Below, piece by piece: positions 19,435 through 28,236 of a DNA stretch of 64,000 nucleotides. The stretch covers positions 2,605 to 66,604 of the forward strand of contig CALWTF010000018.1 of assembly GCA_944384415.1 (NCBI GenBank). Reading direction: 5' to 3'. The notes beneath the pieces were generated by a model. The model ran no database searches. It saw only the letters and a list, made by a program, of their open reading frames with translations, and was not told the origin of the DNA. The position numbers and the translations under genes are program-made. Source of the DNA: an uncultured Clostridia bacterium (lineage in GTDB: Bacteria; Bacillota; Clostridia; Christensenellales; UBA1242). Position 1 is the stretch's first letter. Each line of letters begins with the position of its first letter.

Positions 19435-20106
19435 TTATTTTTCTTTAATTTGAACTGGTTCTGTTTCCTTTAAAAAATTATTAGTTTCTTTTATTAAACT
19501 ATCAACATCAACTTTATGAGGTTCTCGTAATATTTTTAAAATTTCATTATGACTTTTATTTTTTAACATATATCCCATAATTGTGTGAGCATAGCGATAG
19601 CAGTTTTTAATCTGATAAAAATTTTTTGTTAATTCTTCAGCGGTACAATCAATATGGTTAATATAATAAGGCTGTTTTGCAAGTTGTGTAGCTATTCCTT
19701 CCATAATTAATGCAGGCATTATATTTTTATTTAATAAAATTTCTTCATGACAAACATGAACAAATTCGTGCGTAATGGTTTTTAAATAGTCGTTAAAATC
19801 ACAGTTGTGGTGGTTGTCTGCTTGTTTATAAAGCTCTAACGATAAAATATGAACATTTCCCATTTCTGCGCTTGCAACATTCCAAGATTTATATCTTTGT
19901 GGATATTTACCATTTTTAGTGCGAAAATTAATAAAATCTTGTAAGTCGTGATAAATGATAATATTTAGTTTTTTGGATAATTTTTTAATTTCAAAAAAGT
20001 TTAAAATAGGTTTACTTATACTTTCTAAATTTTTTGTAATTTCATTTATTAATAATTCATCTTTTTCGTCATATTCAATTAAAAAATTATTACTTTCAAA
20101 CTTCAT
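19435..20106 (-). CDS. Putative zinc metallopeptidase (HExxH, peptidase MA-like)
   Basis: THEFVHVCHEE (HExxH) is followed ~20 aa later by MEGIATQLA. No signal peptide. Sits 33 nt downstream of the 611-aa SH3b gene, so probably the same operon. Confidence 0.5.
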   Translation of the reverse strand: MKFESNNFLIEYDEKDELLINEITKNLESISKPILNFFEIKKLSKKLNIIIYHDLQDFINFRTKNGKYPQRYKSWNVASAEMGNVHILSLELYKQADNHHNCDFNDYLKTITHEFVHVCHEEILLNKNIMPALIMEGIATQLAKQPYYINHIDCTAEELTKNFYQIKNCYRYAHTIMGYMLKNKSHNEILKILREPHKVDVDSLIKETNNFLKETEPVQIKEK

Positions 20107-20139
20107 TTTTTTATCCTTATTTTTTAATTATAATTTAAA

Positions 20140-21975
20140 CTATTCAACTAATTTGTTTTTATTTTTCTTATGAATTCTTGCTCCAATGCAAATTATAATT
20201 ATTGCAATTAAAAGGGTGGAAGCCATTAAAATTATTCCAATTAATTGCGTTGTTGAAAGTGTTCCGTCATTTAAATTTGTTGATTGAGTATATCCCACAA
20301 AAACAATATCATCATTAAGCCAATATATTTTTGAAACACCGTTTGTTGTACTTTCAATTTGAACTTTGGTGTTTTTATTTAAAGTGTAAGATTTTATTGA
20401 AAGAGAATAGTCTGAATATATTTGAATATCATTTTTGGTTTCAGCATTTCCTACAAAAATTCTATCAAGCGGTTTAATTAAAACATCAATAACTGAGTTT
20501 TTATCAACATAGCCTATAATATCCCCATATTGTATTGCGTAAAAATCAACATTATTATTATCCGTTGGATAAACCGTTGAAGATAAAACGGTAAAAATAG
20601 GTGGTTCATTTTGTGATATTTTTTTAATTGTTGTAATTATAACTTCGTTATCATTATCATTTAATAAGCTTGAAGGATATCTATATATTGCAGTATTTGT
20701 AAAGATTGGCGAAACTTGATTTGGTCCAATTTGTTTTTCTGTTGTTTTAGATACATCTTCTTTTAAAACATATCCAGTTAAATTTTTAGTTCCTAAACTG
20801 TTAATTAAAACAAAATCAAACATTGAGTTTTTAATTTCTTGAATCAATATCATATTACAGCTAATTTCAATTCCTGATTTGTATAAATTATTGTAAGGAT
20901 AAAGTGTAATAGAAGATTTTATTGGTGTTAAACAATCTAATGTTGATGTTAAAACAAGATTTTCCCAGTCTACTACATCTTGTAAATTTTTCATTTCATT
21001 TAAGAAATTATTATTTCCATAATATATTTTTATTTCAAAAATTTCATTATCGGTAAAAGTATAAATTATTCCATTTTCAAAATCTATTGCAAAACCGTTT
21101 CCTTTAATCTTATTTTCGTTATCGGTATAAATTAAAGGTTCATCTGTGGTATTACATTTAACAAATTGTATTTGACCTGTAGCTTTTTCTATGAATAAAA
21201 TCAAATTATCAAGATGGTCTGTTTTTATGTCAATTATTTGGTCATAATTTTCTAATTCAGGAATTTTGAAGCTATTATTAACAATTCCTTGTTCAATATT
21301 GTATTGAAAAATTTGGTTATTTATTGTGAACCATATATTATCGCCGTATATGTCGCAAACAATTCTGGATTTTGAATTTAATGTAAAATTTTTTAAAATA
21401 TCTGATTCAGAAAAATCTGTTAATAAATAAAACCTTTCAGATTGTGATGTTTTATAAACAATGATTGAATTATTGTTAGAATTTAAAGTTAAGGCGAAAA
21501 CTGTTCCATTCATACTAATTGCACAATCAAAAATGTTTTGCATTGAAATGGCATCGGCATCAGGTGAGTCATTTTGATAATAGTCTTTAAAATCAGTATT
21601 GCTATTAGCATTTTTTATTCCAAATGTTAATGAATCAGAAAAATAAAACTCTTTAGTGTAATAATTGTAAACTATATTTGTTGGATAATAGTTATCGTTA
21701 AGAAGAAGTTCATTATTGATGTCTGGATTATCTAAATCATAATATAAAATTTTACTAGGTAAGTTTTTGTCGGATACATATAAATTATTATTAACAATTG
21801 ATATATCTGAAAAACTTTCTTGACCAGTTGTGAGGTTGTTGTTGATTTCAAATTTTGTTACAACTGTTGAAAAATCATTATTTGCCAAAACTGGTGTTTG
21901 ATTTGGAGAAATTATTGTAAACAAAAACAATAAAAAAGCTGTTATTGAAAATAAATAAGTTCTTTTTATTACCAT
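20140..21975 (-). CDS. Large secreted, C-terminally membrane-anchored protein with SH3b-like repeats
   Basis: N-terminal signal-like helix (LFSITAFLLFLFTII). GYV...K..V SH3b-like motifs (LTGYVLKEDVS, IIGYVDKNSVI). C-terminal TM segment LIGIILMASTLLIAIIIICIG followed by ARIHKKNKNK. Start set at ATG 21975 behind AAGGGGTG. Confidence 0.55.
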   Translation of the reverse strand: MVIKRTYLFSITAFLLFLFTIISPNQTPVLANNDFSTVVTKFEINNNLTTGQESFSDISIVNNNLYVSDKNLPSKILYYDLDNPDINNELLLNDNYYPTNIVYNYYTKEFYFSDSLTFGIKNANSNTDFKDYYQNDSPDADAISMQNIFDCAISMNGTVFALTLNSNNNSIIVYKTSQSERFYLLTDFSESDILKNFTLNSKSRIVCDIYGDNIWFTINNQIFQYNIEQGIVNNSFKIPELENYDQIIDIKTDHLDNLILFIEKATGQIQFVKCNTTDEPLIYTDNENKIKGNGFAIDFENGIIYTFTDNEIFEIKIYYGNNNFLNEMKNLQDVVDWENLVLTSTLDCLTPIKSSITLYPYNNLYKSGIEISCNMILIQEIKNSMFDFVLINSLGTKNLTGYVLKEDVSKTTEKQIGPNQVSPIFTNTAIYRYPSSLLNDNDNEVIITTIKKISQNEPPIFTVLSSTVYPTDNNNVDFYAIQYGDIIGYVDKNSVIDVLIKPLDRIFVGNAETKNDIQIYSDYSLSIKSYTLNKNTKVQIESTTNGVSKIYWLNDDIVFVGYTQSTNLNDGTLSTTQLIGIILMASTLLIAIIIICIGARIHKKNKNKLVE

Positions 21976-22109
21976 TTTAAACACCCCTTTGTTACAAGGG
22001 TATTATAGCAAATTTTGTTGAATAATCAAACACTTTAAAAGTAAATTTATTATTTTTGCTATTTATTTGTAAATGTGACAGACTTTGTCAGTTTAATTTG
22101 TTTAAAATA

Positions 22110-22123
22110 AGAACATATGTTCT
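22110..22123. promoter_or_regulatory. Perfect LexA/Cheo-type SOS box palindrome AGAACATATGTTCT in the divergent promoter region
   Basis: GAACATATGTTC (22111-22122) matches the Gram-positive LexA core GAAC-N4-GTTC, including the favoured ATAT centre. It overlaps the -35 position of a TATAAT at 22143-22148. It lies 183 nt upstream of the regulator ATG and ~135 nt upstream of the divergent SH3b gene. Confidence 0.55.
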
Positions 22124-22200
22124 AAAATTAAGAATAAAAAGTTATAATTTAGAACAAAATTATTTTTGTAAAATATTTTTCAAAAATGTGTCGCAAGGTA

Positions 22201-22228
22201 TTGACAAATACAAAAATGTTATTATAAA
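22201..22228 (+). promoter_or_regulatory. Sigma-A-type promoter (TTGACA-16 nt-TATAAA) upstream of the regulator gene
   Basis: TTGACA at 22201-22206 and TATAAA at 22223-22228, ~78 nt upstream of ATG 22306. Confidence 0.5.
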
Positions 22229-22305
22229 ATGCAAGCAGTTGGTTAAATCCAATGGCTTGTTAGTGTTATGACTTTTTTACAAAAAAGATAAATAGGAGAT
22301 AAAAA

Positions 22306-22872
22306 ATGGAGAAAAAAATTTGGGCAAAAACTGTTTTACAAGCTTATAATTATATTGGCAGGATTTGTAGAGTAATTGATAAACAGGTTTTGGAACGAAG
22401 TGCTATGTCGCATTTAAACTCATATGGTTATGATGATACTATTGCTATAACAGAAAGTGTGATAGATTTAATTGAAAGGAAAAAAGCACTTTTAATTTTA
22501 AAATTTATGGTAGAGGATAGCGTTCAGTTCTTAGATGATAATTTAAGAAAAGTTCTTGTTTTATTCTATTTTGATAGAAGAACTGTTGCTGAAATTTCCA
22601 CAATGATAAAAGTTAGTCCTAGAACCGTTAATAGAATTTTGGATAAAGCGATTTTAAAATGTTTTATGCAGTTTGAAAAAAATGGATTTAATATTGATTC
22701 TTTAAAAAAATATATATTAACTGAACCTTGGTTGGTTGGTATTTATAACTCGATTGTTGAAAAATCTAGAAGACCTGATTTAAAAATTTCTTCATCTTCA
22801 AAAAAGAAAATAAATTTATATAGTATAAATACAATTTATTCAAGTAGTGTTAAAAATTATCTTTATCGTTAA
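22306..22872 (+). CDS. Sigma-70 region-4-like transcriptional activator (phage late-gene activator type: RinA/ArpU/Xpf-like)
   Basis: LRKVLVLFYFDRRTVAEISTMIKVSPRTVNRILDKAILK is a classic sigma region 4.2 HTH. No region 2 is visible. It sits at the head of the packaging/structural genes. RBS AGGAG. Confidence 0.55.
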   Translation: MEKKIWAKTVLQAYNYIGRICRVIDKQVLERSAMSHLNSYGYDDTIAITESVIDLIERKKALLILKFMVEDSVQFLDDNLRKVLVLFYFDRRTVAEISTMIKVSPRTVNRILDKAILKCFMQFEKNGFNIDSLKKYILTEPWLVGIYNSIVEKSRRPDLKISSSSKKKINLYSINTIYSSSVKNYLYR

Positions 22873-23671
22873 ATTCTAAAAATTGTTCCTGATTTTGAGG
22901 TAAAAGATTTGAGTTGTTATAAAGCTTTGCTTTTTTTGCTTTTTTGTTTGGTTTAAAAAGTAGAATTAAAATCAACAAAGCAAATATAACCAGAATTGAA
23001 ATAATAATTATATTACTAGGTTTTTGAATTTCTGGAGCTAATATTTCTTGTATAGGTGTAGAATTTGCTGGTGTAGATTCACTTAAATTTTCATTATTTT
23101 CTGGAATGTTAGAAACTAATGTAGTTAATGGCGCATATATATATCCGGAAATGATACCTTGTTCAAAGCTTGTATAAGTGCAATAATACCATTCATTGCC
23201 TAAATTAGGTAAAGCATTTTGACCTGTTATTTTACCCCAAAATAAAATATTTTCAGCATTGAAAGGTATTGTACCAATATATTTTGATGTGTTGTTAGGT
23301 TGAGAAAATAAAACTGCGTTAGCAGTTCCATTAAGTTTAAAGGTAACATTATTTAAATATGGTTGTTGTGGTGTTCCGTTTACTTTTATTACTTCACTTT
23401 TTTTTACATATCCAATTAAATTATTATATTCTACTTTATAAAAATTTTCGTTTGAATTATCTATTAATTTTACAAAATAAGTTTGTGGTAATTCAAAATA
23501 AAGATTTTCATAATTTTCATCAATATTTGCTGTTCTGTAAAGAAAAGTATTTGATGATACAATTCTCAAATACTCACTAGAACTATCAGCACAAACGAAT
23601 GATAAATTGTTACTATAAATAGAAACTAAAAACAAAATAGAACATAACATAATAATTTTTAAATTGTTCAT
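22850..23671 (-). CDS. Secreted, C-terminally anchored protein with two SH3b-like repeats
   Basis: Signal peptide (IIMLCSILFLVSIYS). SH3b-like YKVEYNNLIGYVKKSEVIKV and GIISGYIYAPL. TM segment IIIISILVIFALLILILLF followed by KPNKKAKKAK. The 3' end overlaps the regulator 3' end by 23 nt (convergent). Confidence 0.55.
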   Translation of the reverse strand: MNNLKIIMLCSILFLVSIYSNNLSFVCADSSSEYLRIVSSNTFLYRTANIDENYENLYFELPQTYFVKLIDNSNENFYKVEYNNLIGYVKKSEVIKVNGTPQQPYLNNVTFKLNGTANAVLFSQPNNTSKYIGTIPFNAENILFWGKITGQNALPNLGNEWYYCTYTSFEQGIISGYIYAPLTTLVSNIPENNENLSESTPANSTPIQEILAPEIQKPSNIIIISILVIFALLILILLFKPNKKAKKAKLYNNSNLLPQNQEQFLEFNDKDNF

Positions 23672-23697
23672 ATTACACCTTTAACTAAATATTATCA

Positions 23698-23731
23698 AAC
23701 AATAATTGTATTTCTATTTGCAATTATTGTT
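23698..23731. repeat. Perfect 11-bp inverted repeat (AACAATAATTG-12 nt-CAATTATTGTT) in the divergent region upstream of terL
   Basis: Read directly: arms at 23698-23708 and 23721-23731, followed by a T-run. Candidate operator or weak AT-rich hairpin. Confidence 0.5.
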
Positions 23732-23808
23732 TTTTAATGCAAAAAATAAACATAAAAAAATATAAAATGTTTTATTTTTTCGATTACAACTTCAAAAAAG
23801 GAGATAAA

Positions 23809-25275
23809 ATGAATGAACTTAAAAATTTGGTTCAGCTTAATAAAATACAAAATGAAATACTATCAAGATTGAAAAAAGATAAAATAAAAATGTACAACAG
23901 TGGTAAAATTATTCATAAAAAACAAATAGAGTTTCATAAATGTTGTAAAAGAAATAGGTGGGTTTTTGGTGGAAATAGAAGTGGTAAAAGTCAATGTGGT
24001 GCTGCAGAAGTTGTATGGATAGCAAGAGGTAATCATCCTTATAAAAAAATAGAAAAAGCTACCGAAGGTTGGGTTGTTTCTTTGAGTCATCAAGTTCAAA
24101 GAGATGTTGCACAAGAAAAAATATTGTCTTTTTTAAATCCAGATTGGATTGACAAAATTGTTATGATTAACGGAAGAAGCGATTCTCCTATGAATGGTGT
24201 TATTGATTACATTTTAATAAAAAATATTTTTGGAACTTTAAGTAAAATTGCTTTTAAAAGTTGCGACCAAGGTCGAGAAAAATTTCAAGGTACAAGTTTG
24301 GATTATGTATGGTTTGATGAAGAACCTCCTTATGATATTTATTTAGAATGTAGAATGCGTGTGTTGGATAGATGTGGACAAATATTTGGAACTATGACAC
24401 CGCTTAAAGGTTTAACTTGGGTTTACAATGAAATTTACTTAAATGAAAAAAACGATTTAGAAGTTTGGTGTATTCATATGGAATGGGCTGATAATCCTTA
24501 TTTGAATAAAGAAGAATTGATTGCTCTTACAAATTCTTTAAGTTCTGAAGAGTTGGAAAGCAGAAGATATGGAAAGTTTGTGTGTAATAGTGGAATGGTT
24601 TATAGTGAATTTGATGTTAATGTTAATGTGGTTGAACCTTTTTCTGTTCCTCGCGAATGGTTTGATAATATTAGTATAGACCCTGGATTACATAATCCAT
24701 TAAGTGCTCATTGGTATGCTGTTGATTATGATGAAAACATTTGGGTTATAGCGGAACATTATGCAGCATCAAAAACTGTTGAATGGCACGCAAAAGAAAT
24801 TAGAAAAAAATGTGAAGAATTAAATTGGCCATTAAAAAATGGTATGGTTAATGCACTTATAGATTCTGCTGCAAACCAAAAAACATTATCTTCAACAAAA
24901 AGCGTTGCTGAATTATTTTATGAAAATGGAATAGCAGTTAATACAAAAGTAAATAAAGATTTGTTTTCTGGAATTTCAAGAGTAAAAAGTTTACTAAAAT
25001 CATCATCTGGTAGAAGTAAACTTTTTATTTTTTCAACTTGTGTAAATATGATTAGAGAGTTTAAAAGCTATTGGTGGTCTGATGCAGATGTTCCAGTAAA
25101 AAAAGATGACCATTCTCTTGATGAACTGCGTTATTATGTAATGTCTCGTCCTGAGGCTCCTAATCAAACCATTGTTAAAACCGAAGTACAAAAACATAAG
25201 GAGAAATTGATGGCTAAAAATTTTATTAACAAAAACAAATATTTAAGTAGATATAAGATTAATAAGGAGATTTGA
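23809..25275 (+). CDS. terL: Phage terminase large subunit
   Basis: Walker A FGGNRSGKSQCG, Walker B LDYVWFDEEP, and a C-terminal nuclease-type region ending DHSLDELRY. Start set at ATG 23809 behind AAGGAG. Confidence 0.85.
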   Translation: MNELKNLVQLNKIQNEILSRLKKDKIKMYNSGKIIHKKQIEFHKCCKRNRWVFGGNRSGKSQCGAAEVVWIARGNHPYKKIEKATEGWVVSLSHQVQRDVAQEKILSFLNPDWIDKIVMINGRSDSPMNGVIDYILIKNIFGTLSKIAFKSCDQGREKFQGTSLDYVWFDEEPPYDIYLECRMRVLDRCGQIFGTMTPLKGLTWVYNEIYLNEKNDLEVWCIHMEWADNPYLNKEELIALTNSLSSEELESRRYGKFVCNSGMVYSEFDVNVNVVEPFSVPREWFDNISIDPGLHNPLSAHWYAVDYDENIWVIAEHYAASKTVEWHAKEIRKKCEELNWPLKNGMVNALIDSAANQKTLSSTKSVAELFYENGIAVNTKVNKDLFSGISRVKSLLKSSSGRSKLFIFSTCVNMIREFKSYWWSDADVPVKKDDHSLDELRYYVMSRPEAPNQTIVKTEVQKHKEKLMAKNFINKNKYLSRYKINKEI

Positions 25276-25282
25276 TTTAAAA

Positions 25283-25594
25283 TTGGATAATAAAATTGAA
25301 AACAAAAAACTTGCAAAAGCGCTTTTTAAAAAAGCTATGGGTTATTCTGTTGATGAAACTACTGAGGAATTTTTAGTTGATGAAAACGGAAAATTGTTTT
25401 TACAAAAGAAAAAAGTTACAACTAAACATATTCCTCCTGATATACCAGCAGCGCGTGCTTTATTAGAATATTTTTTTCAAAGTGAAAAAGATGATTTATC
25501 AAAATTGACTGATGATGAATTGTATGCTGAAAAAGCAAGACTTTTAAAAGCTATAAAACAGACCGATGAGCAAATTTTAAAATATAGCGAATAA
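25283..25594 (+). CDS. Small phage protein, possibly a truncated small-terminase-like protein
   Basis: 103 aa with a TTG start. AMGYSVDE...KKKVTTKHIPPDIPAARALL resembles, from memory, the ...K.vPPD..A.. segment of some Firmicute-phage small terminases. I see no N-terminal HTH. Confidence 0.3.
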   Translation: MDNKIENKKLAKALFKKAMGYSVDETTEEFLVDENGKLFLQKKKVTTKHIPPDIPAARALLEYFFQSEKDDLSKLTDDELYAEKARLLKAIKQTDEQILKYSE

Positions 25595-25689
25595 AATGCG
25601 AAAAATATTTAATTAAAAATAAAAAAATATATAATTTATATCAATTAATTATTAAATATATAAAATATTTTTTAAATTTTGGAGGTAAA

Positions 25690-27600
25690 ATGCGTAAAAA
25701 TATAAAAACATCTAAACAAAAAACAAAAGAAGAAACAGTAAAGTTGTTGTGGGAGGATTTTAAAAAAAGGCAGGAAGAAAGAAAGCCTTTTGAAACTCAA
25801 TGGCAACTTAATTTAAATTTTTTATTAGGAAATCAATATTGTGATGTAAGTGCGGACCAAATAAAGAATGATTATGAAAAACAATTTTTTTGGGAAGAGC
25901 GTGGAGTTTTTAATCATATAGCTCCTTTGGTTGAAACAAGGATTTCAAAATTAACAAAAGTAAGACCTGTTATGACTGTTGTTCCAGCTAGTGGTGATGA
26001 AGATGATTTAGGTAGTGCTAAAGTTAGTAAAAATATTTTAGATTCAGTTCAAAATAAGTTGAATATACAAAACCTAATTTCTTCTGCAACAAAATGGAGT
26101 GAAGTTTGTGGAACATCATTTTATAAAGTTGTTTGGAATGATAAATCGGGACAAATAATTGGAATGGATTCTGATGGAACTAAAATTTATGAAGGAGAAG
26201 TTGATGTGATTGTATGTTCTCCTTTTGAGATATATCCTGACAGTAATACTGCTGAAGATATTTCACAATGTAAAAGTATTATTCATGCTAAATCATATGA
26301 TGCTGATATTGTTGAAAAACTGTGGAATGTTAAAGTTGAAGGTTGTGATATGGATACAATATCTTTATCTAATGTTCAACAAAATGGTGGTTTTTCAAGA
26401 AGTTTTAAAACTGCAAAAATATTTAAAACATTAAAACATAATCAGGTAATGGTTTTGGAAAAATATGAAACACCATCTAAAAAATATCCAAATGGAAGAA
26501 TGTTGGTTGTTGCTGGTGATAATTTAATTTATGATGGAGAATTACCATATAAAAATTTAAAAAATGGTGAGCGAGGTTTACCTTTTGTTAGACAGATTTC
26601 TGTTGAACAACCTTCATTGTTTTGGGGAACTAGTGTTATAGAAAGAATGATACCAGTTCAAAGAGCGTATAATGCGGTTAAAAATCGTAAACACGAATTT
26701 ATAAATAGATTAAGTATGGGAATTTTAACGGTTGAAGATGGCTCTGTTGATGTAGATGTTTTGGAAGAAGAAGGATTGTCGCCAGGCAAAGTTTTGGTTT
26801 ATAGGCAAGGTTCAGCAACTCCTAAAATGTTAACACTAGACAATGTTCCAAGCAATTTTAGTGAAGAAGAAATTAGGTTGCAAAATGAATTTGAAAATAT
26901 AAGCGGAATAACAGATTTCTTTAATTCTTCATCAATAAATTTAGATAATTTGAGTGGTGTTGCTTTGGAATTAATTATTGAACAAGAAGATGCAAGAATT
27001 TCTTCAACTGGTGAAAGTATAAATTTTGCTGTTAAAAATATTTCACAACAGATTTTAAGATTATACAAACAATTTGCTGTTTATGAAAGAATGGGGCGAA
27101 TTGTTGGTAAAAATGGAAAAAGTGAATTTTTCTTTTGGAATAGAAGTGATATAACATCAGATGATATAGTGTTTGATACTGAGACTGAAGTTGGTCGTTC
27201 AATAGCGCAAAAAAGAACAATGATATTAGACCTTTTAAAATTGGGCATACTTGCAGATGAAAATGGAAAATTAACAAATTCAATGCGTAATAAAATATTG
27301 CAACTTTTAGGTTTTGGAATTTGGGAAGATGCATTAGATGAGCGTGAAATTCAAATTCAGAATGCAAGAAATGAAAATGTAAAATTTGCAACGAATGAAG
27401 ATGTTGAGGTTTTAGAAATTCATAATCATGACTTACACATACAAACCCACATTAGTTATATGTTAAGTGGTGATTTTGAAAAAGATTGTTCGCGCGATGT
27501 TTTGTTAAAAGAAAAAATGTTGGAACACATAAGAGAGCATAAAAGATTTAAAAAACTTGAAATCGAGTCAGAAAAACAATTGATAAATAATGAGGTGTAA
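25690..27600 (+). CDS. Phage portal protein (large, 636 aa)
   Basis: Sits between terL and the scaffold/MCP genes. N-terminal ...FETQWQLNLNFLLGNQY... is the portal-like W..N..F..GNQ pattern. Strong RBS GGAGG. Confidence 0.65.
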   Translation: MRKNIKTSKQKTKEETVKLLWEDFKKRQEERKPFETQWQLNLNFLLGNQYCDVSADQIKNDYEKQFFWEERGVFNHIAPLVETRISKLTKVRPVMTVVPASGDEDDLGSAKVSKNILDSVQNKLNIQNLISSATKWSEVCGTSFYKVVWNDKSGQIIGMDSDGTKIYEGEVDVIVCSPFEIYPDSNTAEDISQCKSIIHAKSYDADIVEKLWNVKVEGCDMDTISLSNVQQNGGFSRSFKTAKIFKTLKHNQVMVLEKYETPSKKYPNGRMLVVAGDNLIYDGELPYKNLKNGERGLPFVRQISVEQPSLFWGTSVIERMIPVQRAYNAVKNRKHEFINRLSMGILTVEDGSVDVDVLEEEGLSPGKVLVYRQGSATPKMLTLDNVPSNFSEEEIRLQNEFENISGITDFFNSSSINLDNLSGVALELIIEQEDARISSTGESINFAVKNISQQILRLYKQFAVYERMGRIVGKNGKSEFFFWNRSDITSDDIVFDTETEVGRSIAQKRTMILDLLKLGILADENGKLTNSMRNKILQLLGFGIWEDALDEREIQIQNARNENVKFATNEDVEVLEIHNHDLHIQTHISYMLSGDFEKDCSRDVLLKEKMLEHIREHKRFKKLEIESEKQLINNEV

Positions 27601-27601
27601 T

Positions 27602-28225
27602 ATGGAAGAAATAAAAGAAGGGGAACAACCTTTATTAAATGATGAAGGCTCCCCTGTAGGTAAGTTTAAAGATGTTGAAAGTTTAAAAATAGCATATGAA
27701 AATTTAGAAAAAGAATTTACAAAGAAAAGTCAAACTCTTTCGAATTTGCAAAAAAATTTTAAAAAAAATGAAAAAAACGATAACTTTATATCGACTTTTT
27801 CAAACAATTTGGAAAAGTCGATAAAAATTTGGGAGCAAGACGATTGGGATAATCAGGTTGAAAATTTTTTAAAAAATAATCCTAAAGCTAAAAATTTTTC
27901 AAAAGAAATTTGTGATTTGATTGTAAAAGATAAGGTTGTGCAAGAATCTTCTCAACCCCTTTTAACTGCTTGGACTAAATATTTAGAAAACAATTTTAAA
28001 TCTGATGATGAGTTTATAAATGATGAGAATAATTTTTTATCTATAACTCAAAATGAAAAAGTTAAAAAGGCTATTATAAAAGAATATCTTTCAGACTTGA
28101 AAAAACATGATTTTATTCCTCCTGTTTTTTCAAAAAATGATGGTAGTGGAATTTCGGAAACGAAACCATATTCACCAAAAACTTTAGAAGAAGCAAAGGA
28201 ATTAGTTAAACAAATTTTTAAATAA
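27602..28225 (+). CDS. Putative capsid scaffolding protein
   Basis: ~207-aa, acidic/lysine-rich, apparently helical protein located between the portal and major capsid genes. No protease motifs. Start at ATG 27602 behind GAGGTG; 27590 is an alternative. Confidence 0.45.
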   Translation: MEEIKEGEQPLLNDEGSPVGKFKDVESLKIAYENLEKEFTKKSQTLSNLQKNFKKNEKNDNFISTFSNNLEKSIKIWEQDDWDNQVENFLKNNPKAKNFSKEICDLIVKDKVVQESSQPLLTAWTKYLENNFKSDDEFINDENNFLSITQNEKVKKAIIKEYLSDLKKHDFIPPVFSKNDGSGISETKPYSPKTLEEAKELVKQIFK

Positions 28226-28236
28226 GGGAGATATAT

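Noticed and set aside
22056-22271. 71-aa ORF in the intergenic region upstream of the regulator gene.
   Set aside because: It has no RBS and spans the LexA-type box and promoter hexamers. Its Lys/Ile/Asn-rich composition looks like non-coding AT-rich DNA read in frame.
25595-25689. Very AT-rich 95-bp spacer between the small ORF and the portal gene, containing a 6-codon mini-ORF (ATG CGA AAA ATA TTT AAT TAA). Considered as a pac site or leader peptide.
   Set aside because: There is no RBS for the mini-ORF and no discernible repeat structure beyond AT-rich near-palindromes. Only a possible TATAAAAT -10 element is noted under the inverted-repeat finding.
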